DNA of 62,467 nt, counting the filler. It is 6 parts of 6 records of this genome, joined end to end, with 100 filler letters (N's around TTAATTAATTAA, not from the genome) between each part and the next. Parts side by side here need not be neighbours in the genome. Positions count along the whole stretch, not along the records: positions 57,167 to 62,467 come from SRR31156797_5052; 5 more parts are not named here. The stretch is one strand, 5' to 3'. Shown here in pieces: positions 60,366-62,467 of this stretch (position 1 is the first letter of the stretch; the number at the start of each line of letters is the position of its first letter). The notes under the pieces were generated by a model. It was not told the origin of the DNA. It saw nothing but the letters and a program-made list of their open reading frames with translations, and searched no databases. A program made the position numbers and the translations under genes.

Positions 60366-61434
60366 AGTTACGGATCGTGAGCAAATTTCCTCTATCCATA
60401 CTTTCTTTATTTTGGTTTTCTCCCTGGCCGCAGGACTGTCGGTCATCGGTTTGATTTTTTTCCTTTGCGGCGTGAATCCATTTTTCGCATTTAAGAAAAT
60501 TTTCAGCGGATCCTTCGGAAGTTTATACGGGTTTAAAGAGACGATAACCAAAGCGATTCCTCTGATTCTTATCGGAACAGGGTTGGCATTGGCATTTAAA
60601 GCCAAGTTTTGGAATATCGGGGCGGAAAGCCAACTTCTTATGGGTGCCATTTTCGGGACTTGGATCGGGTTGAATTGGGGCCCGTCCCTCCCCTCCCCGG
60701 TGATCGTACCGCTGATGTTTTTGGGTGGATTTATCGGAGGTGCACTTTGGGGGTTGGTTCCTGCGATCCTGAAAATCCGGTTTTCCATCAACGAAGTGAT
60801 CTCCACATTGATGTTGAATTACATTTGCGCGGAATTCCTCACGTTGCTTATTGTCGGTCCTTGGAAAAGTGCAAAAAAATTTGGCTTTCCATACACCGAT
60901 GACCTTCCGGCGTCTGCCATTCTCTCCTTGTTTCCAGGATCCCGGATCCACATTGCAACCTTCATTCTGGCTCTGGCTGCCGCAATATTGTTGACGATTG
61001 TCATTTACCAAACGCGCTTTGGGTATGAAGTTCGGGTGATCGGCGAAAATCCCCATGCCGCCAAGTACGCAGGGATTGATTTTGGTCATACAACCTATCT
61101 AATTATGGCAATTAGCGGTGGCATGGCCGGCATGGCCGGTGTGGGAGAGGTGGCTGGAATTCACCATTATTTAAGTTATCCGGAGTCCATCTCTTCGGGG
61201 TATGGATTCACGGCGATTATCGTTGCCTGGCTGGCAAAGCTCAACCCTGTTTTTGTCATTTTTTCAGGTATTTTTTTCGCGGGGATCCTGGTTGGTGGAG
61301 ATGCCATTCAGATTTCTTTAGGACTGCCTGCCGCCACGGTGGAAATCTTCAACGGGACACTACTTATTTTTTTGATCATGGGTGATTTTTTTACAAAAAA
61401 CAAGGTGCAGTTTCTGGCTGGAGAAAGGGGCTGA
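60352..61434 (+). CDS. Nucleoside ABC transporter permease
   Basis: WNIGAESQ, NEVISTLMLNY, GYGFTAI.VA.L. Confidence 0.9.
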   Translation: MLQIKVTDREQISSIHTFFILVFSLAAGLSVIGLIFFLCGVNPFFAFKKIFSGSFGSLYGFKETITKAIPLILIGTGLALAFKAKFWNIGAESQLLMGAIFGTWIGLNWGPSLPSPVIVPLMFLGGFIGGALWGLVPAILKIRFSINEVISTLMLNYICAEFLTLLIVGPWKSAKKFGFPYTDDLPASAILSLFPGSRIHIATFILALAAAILLTIVIYQTRFGYEVRVIGENPHAAKYAGIDFGHTTYLIMAISGGMAGMAGVGEVAGIHHYLSYPESISSGYGFTAIIVAWLAKLNPVFVIFSGIFFAGILVGGDAIQISLGLPAATVEIFNGTLLIFLIMGDFFTKNKVQFLAGERG

Positions 61435-61437
61435 CCC

Positions 61438-62358
61438 ATGGAGGATATTATTGTTTCCGTGGCACAGCGGACACTGGTTGCCGGAACGCCACTTTTACTC
61501 GGCACCATCGGAGAGATCGTTTGTGAACGATCCGGGATTTTAAACCTTGGCGTGGAAGGAGTGATGGCCGTTGGAGCTGTAACTGCCTTTATCGTTACCC
61601 ATTATACGGGAAATCCCTGGCTCGGGTTATGTGCTGCCATCGTTGCGGGAATGCTCCTCTCTATCATTCATGCCTTTGCTTCGGTAACCCTACAGTCCAA
61701 CCAGGTTGTTTCCGGGCTTGCGCTGACCATGCTGGGATTGGGGATCGCTGGGCTTTTGGGAAAACCGTATGTCGGAAAACCGCTTGTTGTAAAAATAAAT
61801 GCCATGCCCATTCCTTTTCTTTCAGACATTCCAGTCATAGGGCCGGTACTGTTTACCCAGAGCCCATTTTTTTATCTGGCGGTACTTTTGGCCATTATTG
61901 TCTGGTTTGTTTTGGAGCACACTCTTTTGGGCATACGAATTCGTTCCACCGGTGAAAATCCCAAAGCGACGGAAGCGCAGGGGGTGAATGTCTCGCGGAT
62001 TCGTTATCTTGCTGTTATCATCGGCGGCGGCTTTTCCGCCATGGCAGGAGCGCACCTTTCCACATCCTACAGCAAGTCATGGATCGAGGGAATGACCGCC
62101 GGGCGTGGCTGGATCGTAATCGCTCTTACGATTTTCGCCCTGTGGAACCCTGTACGGGCCATTTTCGGGGCCTTTCTCTTCGGCGGGATTTTTGTACTTC
62201 AATATTTGCTTCAACCGTTAGGAATTTCGCCCAATTTTTTAGCCATGCTTCCCTATGTTGCTACGCTTCTCGTACTTATAGCGGGCGGGTTGCGTGACAG
62301 CCGACGTCTCAACGCACCGGCAATGCTTGCAGAGCCTTATCGGCGAGGAGAGCGTTAA
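61438..62358 (+). CDS. Nucleoside ABC transporter permease
   Basis: ERSGILNLGVEG, GENP.A, GRGWI.IAL..F..WNP, MLPY. Confidence 0.92.
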   Translation: MEDIIVSVAQRTLVAGTPLLLGTIGEIVCERSGILNLGVEGVMAVGAVTAFIVTHYTGNPWLGLCAAIVAGMLLSIIHAFASVTLQSNQVVSGLALTMLGLGIAGLLGKPYVGKPLVVKINAMPIPFLSDIPVIGPVLFTQSPFFYLAVLLAIIVWFVLEHTLLGIRIRSTGENPKATEAQGVNVSRIRYLAVIIGGGFSAMAGAHLSTSYSKSWIEGMTAGRGWIVIALTIFALWNPVRAIFGAFLFGGIFVLQYLLQPLGISPNFLAMLPYVATLLVLIAGGLRDSRRLNAPAMLAEPYRRGER

Positions 62359-62467
62359 TAGAATATCTGCGGGATTGAACGTTCCTACATTTTTTTTGGC
62401 GTGTCTGTTCTTGCTTTCCGTATGAAACGAATCGTCAGATCGAAAGCGATCTTAATGGCCGTGTTTT

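Overview
The window is not one locus. It is six unrelated contigs joined by artificial 100-nt spacers (N-run + TTAATTAATTAA + N-run). (1) 1-10727: right end of a siphovirus-like prophage (two paralogous minor-tail genes, DUF1833/gpL-like, NlpC/P60, gpJ-like tip). It is followed by an AT-rich two-gene cargo (membrane-anchored unknown + HEPN-domain protein), a duplicated tRNA-Sec 3' end (att site) with direct repeats on both sides, and a Lamassu/ABC-three-component defence locus whose effector gene appears cut by an IS end. (2) 10828-34640: Bacteroidales-like chromosome (TAnnTTTG promoters, T9SS cargo, pdxJ, dtd, two-component system, metH, DEAD-box helicase, DUF432-MscS, RNA ligase, orphan HicB, AAA_14 ATPase with 33-bp-periodic palindromes, GH2). 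(3) 34741-41887: low-GC, possibly Fusobacteriota (tldD-tldE-lipase-CheY-like-EIIA). (4) 41988-49973: spirochaete-like TRAP/sugar-acid catabolic cluster between an XRE gene and an internally deleted ssb. (5) 50074-57066: planctomycete-like (esterase, SprA-like, saccharopine dehydrogenase family, surface protein). (6) 57167-62467: BMP-family nucleoside ABC transporter, probably Desulfobacterota. The best candidate for an undescribed system is the TM+HEPN cassette at the prophage end (6357-8014), within a selC-anchored defence hotspot. All family and taxon calls come from motif recognition by eye; no searches were run.
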